Shown piece by piece: positions 30,541-39,982 of a stretch of DNA of 64,000 nt; positions within the stretch are counted from its first letter, which is position 1, and each line of letters starts with the position of its first letter. The notes beneath the pieces were generated by a model. It made no database searches. It was not told where the DNA came from and worked only from the letters and a program-made list of their open reading frames with translations. The translations under genes were made by a program, and so were the position numbers. The DNA comes from an uncultured Alphaproteobacteria bacterium (lineage in GTDB: Bacteria > Pseudomonadota > Alphaproteobacteria > Caulobacterales > Caulobacteraceae), in NCBI GenBank assembly GCA_903822175.1, contig CAIJOB010000011.1:36815-100814 (forward strand). Reading direction: 5' to 3'.

Positions 30541-31724
30541 TCGATCCGCACCGCGCGGGAGTCGCGGCCGTTCTGGCGCATGACCATGCCAGTGACGCGA
30601 CCGTCGGGGTCGAGTTCGAACTCCACGCTGGCGTCCATGATCCGCCAGAAGAACCCGGTCGGTGACGAGGCCAGGAGGTCGAGCTTTGGGCCTGCGCCCT
30701 GCACGTCGTGCGCCTGCTGCTCGGCCGGGATGAACTGCACGAACAGCCGACCGCCTTCGAGCGTCACCGCCATCAGCGTCCCGAGCTGGGTCAGATAGCG
30801 GCCGACGTATTTCGCCAGCACTTCAAGCGGCAGCTCGATGGCCGGCGCGCGTTGCGGCAGAGGTGGCGCCGCGCCAGGCGCGCGGCGGATCAGGGTGAGC
30901 GGCAACACGACGTCGCCCTTGATGAAGCGACCCTCAATCCACTGGCCGTCGTCTGTCAGCGTACCGGTGATAATCACCGTGCGCATGGTGACGGTGACCA
31001 CACGGCCCTCGCGCAGGATGCGCACAGCAGGGCGCCCGAGCAGGTTGCGGTCGGGACTGTCCAACCAGGCGTAGGTCCCGTGGCGGTCGGTCTTGAAACG
31101 AACGATCAGGCGGATCAGGCCCTTCTCGGTCTCCAGCCGGCTGTCCCAGAACCCGTCCAGGCCTTCGTAGGAGGGCGCGGGCGGATAGACGCCGCGTTCG
31201 AAGTCCAGGGGCGCGGTGACTCCGTGGACCGTCCATTCGCCGGCCCAGCGTTGGCTGTCGGCCTGCCAAACCGCCTCGTAGGCGCCCTGATGCGAACCGG
31301 CGATCAGCGGGGCCAGCAGGGTGAAGGCGAGGCGGCCGTCCTCCAGCGCCACGTCGTCGGCGGCCATGCCGAAGAAGCCGAATCCCGGCATGTCGAGGGC
31401 GACCACGGGCGCGCCATCTTCCAGGCGGATGTGCAGGGCGACGCGGCTGTCGCCCGGCAGGACGGCGATCCAGTCGCCCATGCCGGCGCGCTCTTCGGCC
31501 GAACCGGGCAGGGCGCCGATCCGCTCGACGTTGACCTTCAGGTCGCGCCAGTTGGCAAAGCCGTACTCGCGGGCGACCTGATGCTGCACCTCGGCCAGCT
31601 TGGCTGCGGGCTGCGTCGCCCGCTGGGCGTGTAGCCGGCGCTTGGCCTCGTTCTTCAGATATTCGAGGTTCGGCCGGGCCGGCAGGCGGCGCTGGGCGAA
31701 CAGGTCGAGATTGGTCTCGGGCAT
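30537..31724 (-). CDS. uncharacterised cytoplasmic protein: N-terminal helical cap, two tandem ~95-aa beta repeats and a DUF3471/lipocalin-like C-terminal module
   Basis: ORF 30537..31742 (TTG). ATG 31724 is preferred because GGAAGGA lies 5-11 nt upstream. No signal peptide and no catalytic motif that I can recognise. Confidence 0.7.
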   Translation of the reverse strand: MPETNLDLFAQRRLPARPNLEYLKNEAKRRLHAQRATQPAAKLAEVQHQVAREYGFANWRDLKVNVERIGALPGSAEERAGMGDWIAVLPGDSRVALHIRLEDGAPVVALDMPGFGFFGMAADDVALEDGRLAFTLLAPLIAGSHQGAYEAVWQADSQRWAGEWTVHGVTAPLDFERGVYPPAPSYEGLDGFWDSRLETEKGLIRLIVRFKTDRHGTYAWLDSPDRNLLGRPAVRILREGRVVTVTMRTVIITGTLTDDGQWIEGRFIKGDVVLPLTLIRRAPGAAPPLPQRAPAIELPLEVLAKYVGRYLTQLGTLMAVTLEGGRLFVQFIPAEQQAHDVQGAGPKLDLLASSPTGFFWRIMDASVEFELDPDGRVTGMVMRQNGRDSRAVRID

Positions 31725-32037
31725 AGGGGTCCTTCCTTCCAAAGTCGCCCGATGTCCGCGTCGACGGGCAGGAAGTCAGGCAGAAGCGACCTGAATCTCA
31801 TCGAGTGAGCTTGGCCCTTTACGCGGACGGTCGGCCTCTCGAAGGCCAAGCCCATCCTAACAAGCCGTCCGGCCCGGCGGCAACATCGCGGTATGTTGCG
31901 GAGCGTTCGCGGCGCTGCCATAGTCGCCTTGGCTCTCGAGAGGCCCACGGTCCGCGTGAAGGGTATAACCCGCTCGATTTTATATCGAACGTCGGACCGA
32001 GGACGCGGACACCGGGCCATCTCAGGAAGATTCGGTC

Positions 32038-33924
32038 ATGGCAGATGTCGCTGCTGGCCTCAGACCTCGTGAGCCTCTGAAGCCGAAACAAATTCTCCGT
32101 CGCTGGTGGACCTCGCCGGTCAGCCTCTGCCTGCGCATGGGGCTACGCGCCGGGGGCTGGCGCACGCCGCTGGCCGGCGTGCTGCTCCTGCTGGGCGCGG
32201 GCCTGCCGGCGCTCGAGATGGTGGCGCTGGGCGTGCTGGTCAGTTCCTTGCCGGCCACCATCCATGCCGGTTTCTCATCTGCCGCTGGACAGAAGACGAT
32301 CCAGGCGCTGGCGTTCTGGGGCGCGCTGATGGTGCTGCTGCAGATCATCCCGCGCATTCGCACGGCGATCGTCACGGCCATGGGTTGGCGGCTGGACTCC
32401 GCGCTTCGTCAGCGGACCATGGCGGCGGTGAACCGGCCCTGGGGCATCGCCCACCTGGAAGACCCCAAGGTCGCCGCCCTGATCTCCCAGACCGGCGGCA
32501 TCGGGGTGACCGGCTATACGCCAGGAACGGCGCTGAACCAGCTCATCAACATGCGGATCGGGGTAACGCTGAGCGCGCTGATCTCCGGCGCTCTGCTGAT
32601 CGGCTACCACTGGTGGGCGGCCCTGCTGCTGGTCGGCTCGCTCTACGCCTTCAATGGCGTGAGGCGGGGGAGCTACACGCGCATGGCCGGCGCCGTGGTC
32701 GGCCAGACCCCGGGCGTCATGCGCGCCGAATACTTCCGCAACCTGGCGCTCTCGCCGGGCTCGGCGAAAGACGTCCGATTGCTCGGCATCGGCGACTGGA
32801 TCATCGGTCGCCTGCGCGCCGAGTGGCAGGGCGGCCTGGCGGAACGGCAGAAGGCCGAGGGGCAGGCCTTCCCGCTGACCATAGCCGGCAGCGTCGTCGT
32901 GACCGGGGTCAGCGGCCTGATCTTCGGCCTCCTGGCCCGGGACGCAGCCACCGGGGCGATCGGGATGGGCGCGCTGGTGGTCTATCTACGCGCCGCGTCG
33001 TCCCTGGGCGCCCTGGGGCAGAGTGGGGCGGCGGATTCGATCATCGCCCACGGCTCGGCCGCCGTGCCCGCGATCCTGGAACTGGAGCGCCGGACCGCGC
33101 CGCCGCCCGGGCCCGCGCTCGCCAGCCTGCCGCCGTCCGCGCCGGCCCGCGATATCCGCTTCGAGAGGGTGAGCTTCACCTATGCGGGCGCGGCAACGCC
33201 GGTGCTGAAGGACCTCAACCTGACCATCCCGACTGGGCAGTCTATGGCGCTGGTCGGCCTGAATGGCGCGGGCAAGACCACCTTGGTGAAGCTGCTGGCC
33301 CGGCTCTATGACCCGACCAGCGGGGCGATCCTGGTGGACGGAATCGACCTGCGCGACGCCGACCCCAAGGACTGGCAGAAGCGTATCGCCGCCATCTTCC
33401 AGGACTTCCTGAAGTACGGTCTGCCGGCGCGCGACAACATCGGCTTTGGCGGCCTCGCCATGGCCGGCGACCAAGCCGCGCTGGAGCGGGCGGCTGCCAA
33501 GGCCGGCGTCCTGGAGCGCATCCAGGGACTGCCCGCCGGTTGGGACACGCCGCTCAGCCGCCACTTCACCGGGGGCGCTGACCTCTCGGGCGGCGAATGG
33601 CAGCGCATCGGCCTGGCGCGAGCCCTGTTTGCCGTCGAGGCCGGCGCGAGCGTGCTGATCCTCGACGAGCCCACCGCCAACCTCGACGTGCGCGCCGAGG
33701 CCGAGCTCTACGACCGTTTCCTCGACATGACCAAGGGGCTGACGACGCTGCTGATCTCGCACCGGTTCTCCACCGTGCGCCGCGCCGACCGCATCTGCGT
33801 GCTGGAAGACGGCGCGGTGTTGGAGCTCGGGACCCACGACGAGCTGATGGCCAAGGGCGGCCGCTACGCCGAGATGTTCACCCTGCAGTCGCAGCGCTTC
33901 GTCGATGCGGGAGCGTCGGCATGA
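32038..33924 (+). CDS. ABC exporter half-transporter (fused TMD-NBD), subunit 1
   Basis: 628 aa. Six-helix N-terminal half, Walker A GLNGAGKTT, signature LSGGEWQR, Walker B LILDEPTA and H-loop LISHR. Confidence 0.92.
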   Translation: MADVAAGLRPREPLKPKQILRRWWTSPVSLCLRMGLRAGGWRTPLAGVLLLLGAGLPALEMVALGVLVSSLPATIHAGFSSAAGQKTIQALAFWGALMVLLQIIPRIRTAIVTAMGWRLDSALRQRTMAAVNRPWGIAHLEDPKVAALISQTGGIGVTGYTPGTALNQLINMRIGVTLSALISGALLIGYHWWAALLLVGSLYAFNGVRRGSYTRMAGAVVGQTPGVMRAEYFRNLALSPGSAKDVRLLGIGDWIIGRLRAEWQGGLAERQKAEGQAFPLTIAGSVVVTGVSGLIFGLLARDAATGAIGMGALVVYLRAASSLGALGQSGAADSIIAHGSAAVPAILELERRTAPPPGPALASLPPSAPARDIRFERVSFTYAGAATPVLKDLNLTIPTGQSMALVGLNGAGKTTLVKLLARLYDPTSGAILVDGIDLRDADPKDWQKRIAAIFQDFLKYGLPARDNIGFGGLAMAGDQAALERAAAKAGVLERIQGLPAGWDTPLSRHFTGGADLSGGEWQRIGLARALFAVEAGASVLILDEPTANLDVRAEAELYDRFLDMTKGLTTLLISHRFSTVRRADRICVLEDGAVLELGTHDELMAKGGRYAEMFTLQSQRFVDAGASA

Positions 33925-35756
33925 GCAACGTGACCCACAAGACCGGCGAGGCGAAGAAGACCGCCCTTGAGACCCTGCGCCTACTCGCCCGCAGTTCGGC
34001 GACCTTCACGCGCCTGGCCTTCGCCGCCGCGCCCGGACGCGCCAGCGCCGCCATCGCCGCCGAACTGGCCGGCGCGGCCCTGGCCCTGGTCAGCTCCTAC
34101 CAGATCAAGGACGTGATCCAGGCGGCGTCCGGCGGCTCGCCACAGCACGCCATCGCCGCGGCCCTGACGCTGGCCGTCACCGCCGGCGTCGCTAGCCTCT
34201 GCTTCATGATCTACGCCCACCTGTCGCCGCGTCTGGTCGAGGCGATCAGCGTCCATCTCGACGCCGAGCTGGTGCGTCTGACCTCGCGGATTCCGACGAT
34301 CGAATACGCCGATCGCCCGGCCCACGCCGACAAGATCAGCCTGATCCGCAATTCACGCCAACAGCTGGCCAGCGGCCTGCAGGTGGTGGCGGTCAGCTTC
34401 CGTCTGACGGTGCAGCTGCTCGGAACCTTCGTCATCCTGATGAGCGTCGATCCGTGGCTGGCGCTGTTGCCGCTGTTCGCCATTCCGCGCGCCCTGGCGG
34501 GTCAGGAGGCGCGGCGTCTGCAGGTCCAGGCGCAGGAGGCCACCGCCGAGCCCATGCGGCTGCGCGGCCACATCTTCAACCACGCGACGTCGCCCGTGGC
34601 CGGCAAGGAGCTGCGCGTCTTCGGGCTCGGCGAGGAACTGGCGAAACGCTATCGCGACATCAGCGCCACGACCCGCCACCTGAACGTCCGCGCCAACTGG
34701 GGCGGCGCGCTGTGGTCGGTGCTGGGCGACAGCATCTTCACCGTCGGCTGCATCGCCGCGGTTGCGTGGCTGGTGGTGCAGTCGGCGAAGGGCGCGGTGA
34801 CGCCGGCCGGCGTGGTGCTGGCCGCGAGCCTGATCACCGGCCTGATCCTGCAGATGAACGCGGCCCTGCAGTACACCCAGTTCATCCAGGCGCTGTCGAC
34901 GACGGCGGAGCGCTACGTCTGGCTGGAAGACTTCTCCAACGAGGCCGCGAAGGCCGAGCTTGGCGAGACACCGAGCCCGGCGATCCTGCGGCGCGCCATC
35001 ACCATCGAGAACCTCACCTTCAGCTACCCCGACCGCGACAAGCCGGTGCTGAGCGACATCTCGCTCGAAATCCCGGCCGGCAAGGTGATCGCGCTGGTCG
35101 GCGAGAACGGGTCGGGCAAGTCGACGCTGGTGAAGCTGCTCTGCGGGTTCTATCGGCCGTCGTCGGGGCGCATCGTGATCGACGATACCGATCTGACCGA
35201 GATCGCGCCCGCCGACTGGCGCGGGCGGATCGGCGGCGCCTTCCAGGACTTCACCAACTTCGAGACGCCGATGCATGAGAGCGTCGGCCTGGGCGATCTG
35301 CCGCACCTGGGCGACCGGGACCGGGCCGCCGCCGCCATGGCCCGCGCGGGCGGCGCCGATCTCGCCAAGCTGAACGCCCAGGGCCTGGACGTCATGCTGG
35401 GCAAGAAGTGGGGCGGCATCGATCTCTCCGGCGGCCAGTGGCAGAAGCTGGCGCTGGGTCGCGCCCTGATGCGCGAGGAACCGCTGTTGGTGGTCTTCGA
35501 TGAACCCGCCGCGGCGCTCGACGCCAGCACCGAGCACGACCTCTTCGAGCGCTTCGCGGCTGAGGCGCGATCAGGCCAGTCGGCGGGCCGCGCGACGCTG
35601 CTGATCTCGCACCGCTTTTCGACGGTGCGCATGGCCGACGCCATCGCGGTGCTGGACGCCGGCCAGATCGCTGAGTTCGGCAGCCACGAGGCCCTGATGA
35701 AGGCCGGCGGCAAGTACGCGGAGCTGTTCGAGATCCAGGCCAGCGCCTACCGCTAG
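33921..35756 (+). CDS. ABC exporter half-transporter (fused TMD-NBD), subunit 2
   Basis: ORF 33597..35756. Start set at ATG 33921, overlapping the upstream stop (ATGA). Walker A GENGSGKST, signature LSGGQWQK, Walker B VVFDEPAA and H-loop LISHR. Confidence 0.92.
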   Translation: MSNVTHKTGEAKKTALETLRLLARSSATFTRLAFAAAPGRASAAIAAELAGAALALVSSYQIKDVIQAASGGSPQHAIAAALTLAVTAGVASLCFMIYAHLSPRLVEAISVHLDAELVRLTSRIPTIEYADRPAHADKISLIRNSRQQLASGLQVVAVSFRLTVQLLGTFVILMSVDPWLALLPLFAIPRALAGQEARRLQVQAQEATAEPMRLRGHIFNHATSPVAGKELRVFGLGEELAKRYRDISATTRHLNVRANWGGALWSVLGDSIFTVGCIAAVAWLVVQSAKGAVTPAGVVLAASLITGLILQMNAALQYTQFIQALSTTAERYVWLEDFSNEAAKAELGETPSPAILRRAITIENLTFSYPDRDKPVLSDISLEIPAGKVIALVGENGSGKSTLVKLLCGFYRPSSGRIVIDDTDLTEIAPADWRGRIGGAFQDFTNFETPMHESVGLGDLPHLGDRDRAAAAMARAGGADLAKLNAQGLDVMLGKKWGGIDLSGGQWQKLALGRALMREEPLLVVFDEPAAALDASTEHDLFERFAAEARSGQSAGRATLLISHRFSTVRMADAIAVLDAGQIAEFGSHEALMKAGGKYAELFEIQASAYR

Positions 35757-37309
35757 GCGGCGCGCATCAGCTCCGCATCGACGATCCGCTGCAGGGCCAC
35801 GTAGTCGGTCTTACCGGTGCCCAGCACCGGGATCTCCGCCACCCGGATGATCTTGCGGGGCACCGCGATCTCCGGCGCGCCGATGGATTGGGCGTGGGCG
35901 ATCAGCGGGCCGGAGTCAGCGTCGCGGCGGTCGGTGACCAGGATCAGCCGCTCGCCCTTCTTCGGATCGGGGAGCGCGATGACGGCGTGGCGGTCGTCGG
36001 GCCACACGGCGCAGGCCAGGTCCTCGGCCGCGGTCAGCGAGACCATCTCGCCGCCGACCTTGGCGAAGCGCTTCACCCGGCCCTTGATCTTCACCCAGCC
36101 GTCGTCGGTGATCGAGACCACATCGCCGGTGTCGTGCCAGCCGTCCTTAGGGGGCTCAATGGAGCCGTCGGCCGCCAGGTAGCCGGCCATGACGTTGGGC
36201 CCACGCACATAGAGCTTACCGCCGCCGGGGATGCCTTCCACCGGCTCCAACCGCGTTTCCATGCCGGGCAGAAGGCCGCCGACCGTGCCACGGCGGTTGT
36301 CGAGCGGCTTGTTGACCGCGATCACTGGCGAGGCCTCGGTCGCGCCATAGCCTTCCAGCAACGGCACATCGCCGAACTTATCGTGGATCAGGTTGTGGGT
36401 CTCTTCACGCACCTTCTCGGCGCCGCAGACCACGAATTTGAGCCCCGACAACTCGTCAGGCTCGGCGGAGCGCGCGTACTGATTCACGAAGGTGTCGGTG
36501 GCCAGCAGCACCGCGGCCCCGGTGTCCTTGATCAGCGGCGGGATCTGCTTGATGTGCATCGGCGAGGGGTACTGGAACGCCTTCATCCCCCTAAGGATCG
36601 GCAACAGCACACCGGCGGTCAGGCCGAAGCAGTGGAACGTCGGGAGTGGGTTAAAGAACACCCAGTCCGGGTCCAGCGGGATGTGGGTCGCGATCTGCAG
36701 CACATTGGCCACCAGGTTCTCCTGGCTCAGCACCACGCCCTTGGGCGCGCCGAAGCTGCCCGAAGTGAACAGCACGACCCCGGGATCGGAGGGCTTGCTG
36801 GCGGCCCGGAACTGCTTGGGGAAAGCCCCGGCCGCGGCGGCGAACAGCTTGTCGGAAAGGCCGATCGTCCCGCGGACGTCTTCCAGGTAGGTGACGGTCG
36901 TCAGCGTCTCCAGCGCATCGACCAGGTCGTGCAGCTTCCCCTGCTCGACGAACCGGTGCGAGGTCAGCACCCGCTTGATGCCGGCCAGTTCGCAGGCGGC
37001 CTTCAGATTGCGGATGCCGGCGGTGAAGTTGAGCATCGCCGGCGTGCGCCCAAAGGCGTGCAGGGCGAAGAAGGTCACGACCGAGGCGGAGCTGGCGGGG
37101 AGCATGACGCCGACCCGCTCGCCGGGCTTGGTGAGGGCGGCGATCTTGCGGCCGAGCGCGAAGGCCCCACGGATCAGGTCGGTGTAGCTTAGCGGGTTCC
37201 GCTCCTGGTCCTCCAGGATCGGCTTCTTGGCGCCGTAGGTCTGGCGCGCCTGCACGAGGGCGTCGAACACCGAGGTCTTCGCCTGGCGGGCGTCAAAAGA
37301 AACCGACAA
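35753..37309 (-). CDS. AMP-binding enzyme of the Aas type (acyl-ACP/acyl-CoA synthetase domain only)
   Basis: 518 aa with a TTG start. FTSGSFGAPKGVVLS and MLNFTAGIRNLKAACELAGIKRVLTS resemble the synthetase half of E. coli Aas. No PlsC acyltransferase domain. Confidence 0.85.
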   Translation of the reverse strand: MSVSFDARQAKTSVFDALVQARQTYGAKKPILEDQERNPLSYTDLIRGAFALGRKIAALTKPGERVGVMLPASSASVVTFFALHAFGRTPAMLNFTAGIRNLKAACELAGIKRVLTSHRFVEQGKLHDLVDALETLTTVTYLEDVRGTIGLSDKLFAAAAGAFPKQFRAASKPSDPGVVLFTSGSFGAPKGVVLSQENLVANVLQIATHIPLDPDWVFFNPLPTFHCFGLTAGVLLPILRGMKAFQYPSPMHIKQIPPLIKDTGAAVLLATDTFVNQYARSAEPDELSGLKFVVCGAEKVREETHNLIHDKFGDVPLLEGYGATEASPVIAVNKPLDNRRGTVGGLLPGMETRLEPVEGIPGGGKLYVRGPNVMAGYLAADGSIEPPKDGWHDTGDVVSITDDGWVKIKGRVKRFAKVGGEMVSLTAAEDLACAVWPDDRHAVIALPDPKKGERLILVTDRRDADSGPLIAHAQSIGAPEIAVPRKIIRVAEIPVLGTGKTDYVALQRIVDAELMRAA

Positions 37310-37397
37310 AACCCAGCGCCTCCCAATCTTGTTTTCGTTGCGACAAGCCTACCGGCTGGTCACGGCGATGAAAAGATTGGTTACGAACCGTGAGGGT

Positions 37398-38321
37398 TCA
37401 GCCCAGGCTGTAGATCACGCAGGCCTTGCCGGTCAGTTGCTCCAGCGGCGGCTGGACGGGAAGTTGCAGGTCCTCGGGACGCAGGCCGGCCTCCGCCGCC
37501 TTGCGGTTCGCCGATACCACGACCTCCTGAAGCTGACTGCGCGGAGCCATCAGCGCAATCGGCGGCGGCGGGACCGGCCGAGCCTCGACCTCGTCGCCGA
37601 CGCGCCCGGCCAGGGCGAGCAGTTCGTCGGTCTCGCAGCCTCGGGCCGTAGGGTCGATGAGGCGGACGGCGCCGATCTTTGCGCCCGCGGCGGTGGCGGC
37701 CTGCTCGGCACGCTTGCGGGCGTCCTCAACCGCCAGCTTGAACATCTCGGTCCGCACCCCGTCACTGACGTCCAGGCGGAAGGTGGGCGGTTGGCTCCGG
37801 GAGGGCTTGGCGGACATCAGGATTGCGTAGACGGGCTCGGCCAACCGTGTGTCACGGATCTCCACCGAAAACTGGATGGACACTTGGTAGCGGTCGATCT
37901 TGTCCGCCCGCTGGTTGTCGACCATCTGGCCGTTCTTCTCGCGGTATTGCTCGTAAAGCGGGGTGACGGTGAAGCGGGTCTCCACCCGGACCTTGTCCGC
38001 CCCGAAAGCCTGCAGGGCTCCGGAGATCGCCTTGGCCTTGGCGGCGGCGGCCTTGGTCGCGTCAGCCACCTCGCGGTCCACGGCGTCGTAGGTCGCCGCC
38101 AGGTTGGCGCGGTTGGCCGGAATCTCGGTCGTCACATAGCCGATGGACGGGATCACCGGCTTGTCCATCCACCAGGGCGCTAGGTCGTAGGCCCGAGGCT
38201 GCGGCGCGGGCGGCATGATGATGGGCGACGCCACGGACGGCGGAACGGTGGGCAGGGATGTCGCATGAGCCGTGGCGGCGGCGGTGAAAGTGAAAACCAG
38301 AGAAGTGAGGATCGGGCGCAT
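37398..38321 (-). CDS. SIMPL (DUF541/BP26-like) domain periplasmic protein with a C-terminal extension
   Basis: ORF 37398..38402. Start set at ATG 38321 (MRPILTSLVFTFTAAATAHA signal peptide). The central region matches my memory of SIMPL proteins. Confidence 0.65.
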   Translation of the reverse strand: MRPILTSLVFTFTAAATAHATSLPTVPPSVASPIIMPPAPQPRAYDLAPWWMDKPVIPSIGYVTTEIPANRANLAATYDAVDREVADATKAAAAKAKAISGALQAFGADKVRVETRFTVTPLYEQYREKNGQMVDNQRADKIDRYQVSIQFSVEIRDTRLAEPVYAILMSAKPSRSQPPTFRLDVSDGVRTEMFKLAVEDARKRAEQAATAAGAKIGAVRLIDPTARGCETDELLALAGRVGDEVEARPVPPPPIALMAPRSQLQEVVVSANRKAAEAGLRPEDLQLPVQPPLEQLTGKACVIYSLG

Positions 38322-38444
38322 GGAAACTCCATCTGCGGACTGGGTGTCCCAGCTGTTCCTACGCACCGGTTCTGGGGTCGGGGTTAGAAGACCTCGAAAC
38401 ATTCGCGGCTTGATCCGGAGGCCCCGACCGCCGATCTAGGGGCC

Positions 38445-39410
38445 ATGGCCGTGGTCATCGACAATCTGAGCGGGGCGATCCGCCCGCGACATCCGGAAAA
38501 GCAGGCGAACCCGGAGACGCCGCTGCTGCGCAAGCCCGAGTGGCTGCGCGTGCGCGCGCCAGGCTCCACCGGCTACAACGCCACCCGCGAGATCGTGAAG
38601 GCTCATGGCCTGGTCACCGTCTGCGAGGAGGCGGCGTGCCCGAACATCGGCGAGTGCTGGTCGAAGAGCCACGCCACCATGATGATCATGGGCGAGGTCT
38701 GCACGCGGGCCTGCGCCTTCTGCAACGTCGCCACCGGCAAGCCGCAGGCGCTGGACCCCACCGAACCGGCCCGCGTCGCCGACGCCGTCGCCAAGATGGG
38801 CCTGAAGCACGTGGTCATCACGTCTGTTGACCGCGACGACCTGGCCGACGGCGGGGCAGGGCACTTCGCCGCTGTGGTCCGCGCCATCCGCGCCGCCGCG
38901 CCCGGCACGACCATCGAGATCCTGACGCCCGACTTCCTGCGCAAGCCTGTCGAGGCGGCCTATGAGGTGATCGACAGCCGTCCCGACGTCTTCAACCACA
39001 ACCTGGAGACCGTGCCGCGGCTCTATCTCGGGATCCGGCCGGGCGCGCGCTACTACCATTCGCTGCGCCTGTTGGAGCGTGTGAAGGAGCGCGATCCGCG
39101 GCAGTTCACCAAGTCCGGCGTCATGGTCGGCCTGGGCGAGACCAAGGAAGAGGTGATGCAGGTGATGGACGACATGCGCTCGGCGGATGTCGACTTCATC
39201 ACCATCGGCCAGTACCTGCAGCCGACCCGCAAACACGCGCCCATCGACCGCTTCGTGCACCCCGACGAGTTCCGCGCCTATGAGGAGATCGCCCGCGCCA
39301 AGGGCTTCCTGATGGTGGCCTCGAGCCCGCTGACGCGCTCCTCGCACCACGCCGGCGAGGACTTTGCCCGGCTGCAAGCCGCCAGAAGCGCCAAGGAAGC
39401 CGGGGCCTGA
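38445..39410 (+). CDS. lipA: lipoyl synthase
   Basis: 321 aa with [12 protein letters not shown] and the radical-SAM CTRACAFC clusters. Confidence 0.97.
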   Translation: MAVVIDNLSGAIRPRHPEKQANPETPLLRKPEWLRVRAPGSTGYNATREIVKAHGLVTVCEEAACPNIGECWSKSHATMMIMGEVCTRACAFCNVATGKPQALDPTEPARVADAVAKMGLKHVVITSVDRDDLADGGAGHFAAVVRAIRAAAPGTTIEILTPDFLRKPVEAAYEVIDSRPDVFNHNLETVPRLYLGIRPGARYYHSLRLLERVKERDPRQFTKSGVMVGLGETKEEVMQVMDDMRSADVDFITIGQYLQPTRKHAPIDRFVHPDEFRAYEEIARAKGFLMVASSPLTRSSHHAGEDFARLQAARSAKEAGA

Positions 39411-39853
39411 AGCACCACGTCACCAAAGTCCTGCCCTATGCGCCGGACCAGCTGTTCGCCCTGGTCGGCGATGTCATGGCCTATCCGCAGTTCGTGCCCT
39501 GGATCACCGCCATGCGGATCTGGAACGCGCGGACGCTCCCCGATGGGACCGAAACCGTGGATGCGGAGGCCGGCGTCGGCTTCTCGTTCCTGAAGGAGCG
39601 GTTTTCCACCCGGGTGCGCCGCGACCCCGCCCAGCGGCAGATCGAGGTCAGCCTGCTGTCGGGGCCGTTCAAGCGGCTCGCCAACCGCTGGCAGTTCTTC
39701 GAGGCGGACGACGGCCAGACGCGCGTGGAATTCGACATCGACTTCCAGTTCAAGTCGCGCCTGCTGGAAACCCTGCTCAGCGCCAACTTCGCCCACGCGG
39801 TCGAGCGGCTGATGACCTGCTTCGAGGACCGCGCAAAGGCGCTCTACGGCTAA
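39407..39853 (+). CDS. SRPBCC-fold RatA/COQ10-like (ubiquinone-binding/cyclase-dehydrase) protein
   Basis: The track ORF starts at ATG 39476. The in-frame upstream sequence [23 protein letters not shown] is the conserved first strand of this family, and no ATG/GTG/TTG exists in frame upstream of 39476. I therefore propose a CTG 39407 start; the conservative coordinates are 39476..39853. Confidence 0.7.
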   Translation: MKHHVTKVLPYAPDQLFALVGDVMAYPQFVPWITAMRIWNARTLPDGTETVDAEAGVGFSFLKERFSTRVRRDPAQRQIEVSLLSGPFKRLANRWQFFEADDGQTRVEFDIDFQFKSRLLETLLSANFAHAVERLMTCFEDRAKALYG

Positions 39854-39982
39854 CCGCCGTTAAGATAACATCGGTCTTGGTGAACGCAGCGGTTACGACG
39901 CTTGTTAGTCTGTCTGCAACGCCCACGGAGGATTCTGTCGCTCGCTCCGGGTCTTATCGGCCTCGGCAGAGGAAGTATCCTG

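Noticed and set aside
31991-32037. Resemblance of GGACCGAGGACGCGGACACCGGGCC...CAGGAAGA to the guanidine-III (ykkC-III) riboswitch core (GGACGAGG...CCGG...CAGGACAA).
   Set aside because: Strictly conserved positions differ (an inserted C, and GAAGA instead of GACAA). I cannot form the required pseudoknot helix. The class is mainly actinobacterial and is associated with SMR transporters, not ABC exporters. The region remains a generic structured-leader candidate only, pending an Rfam scan.
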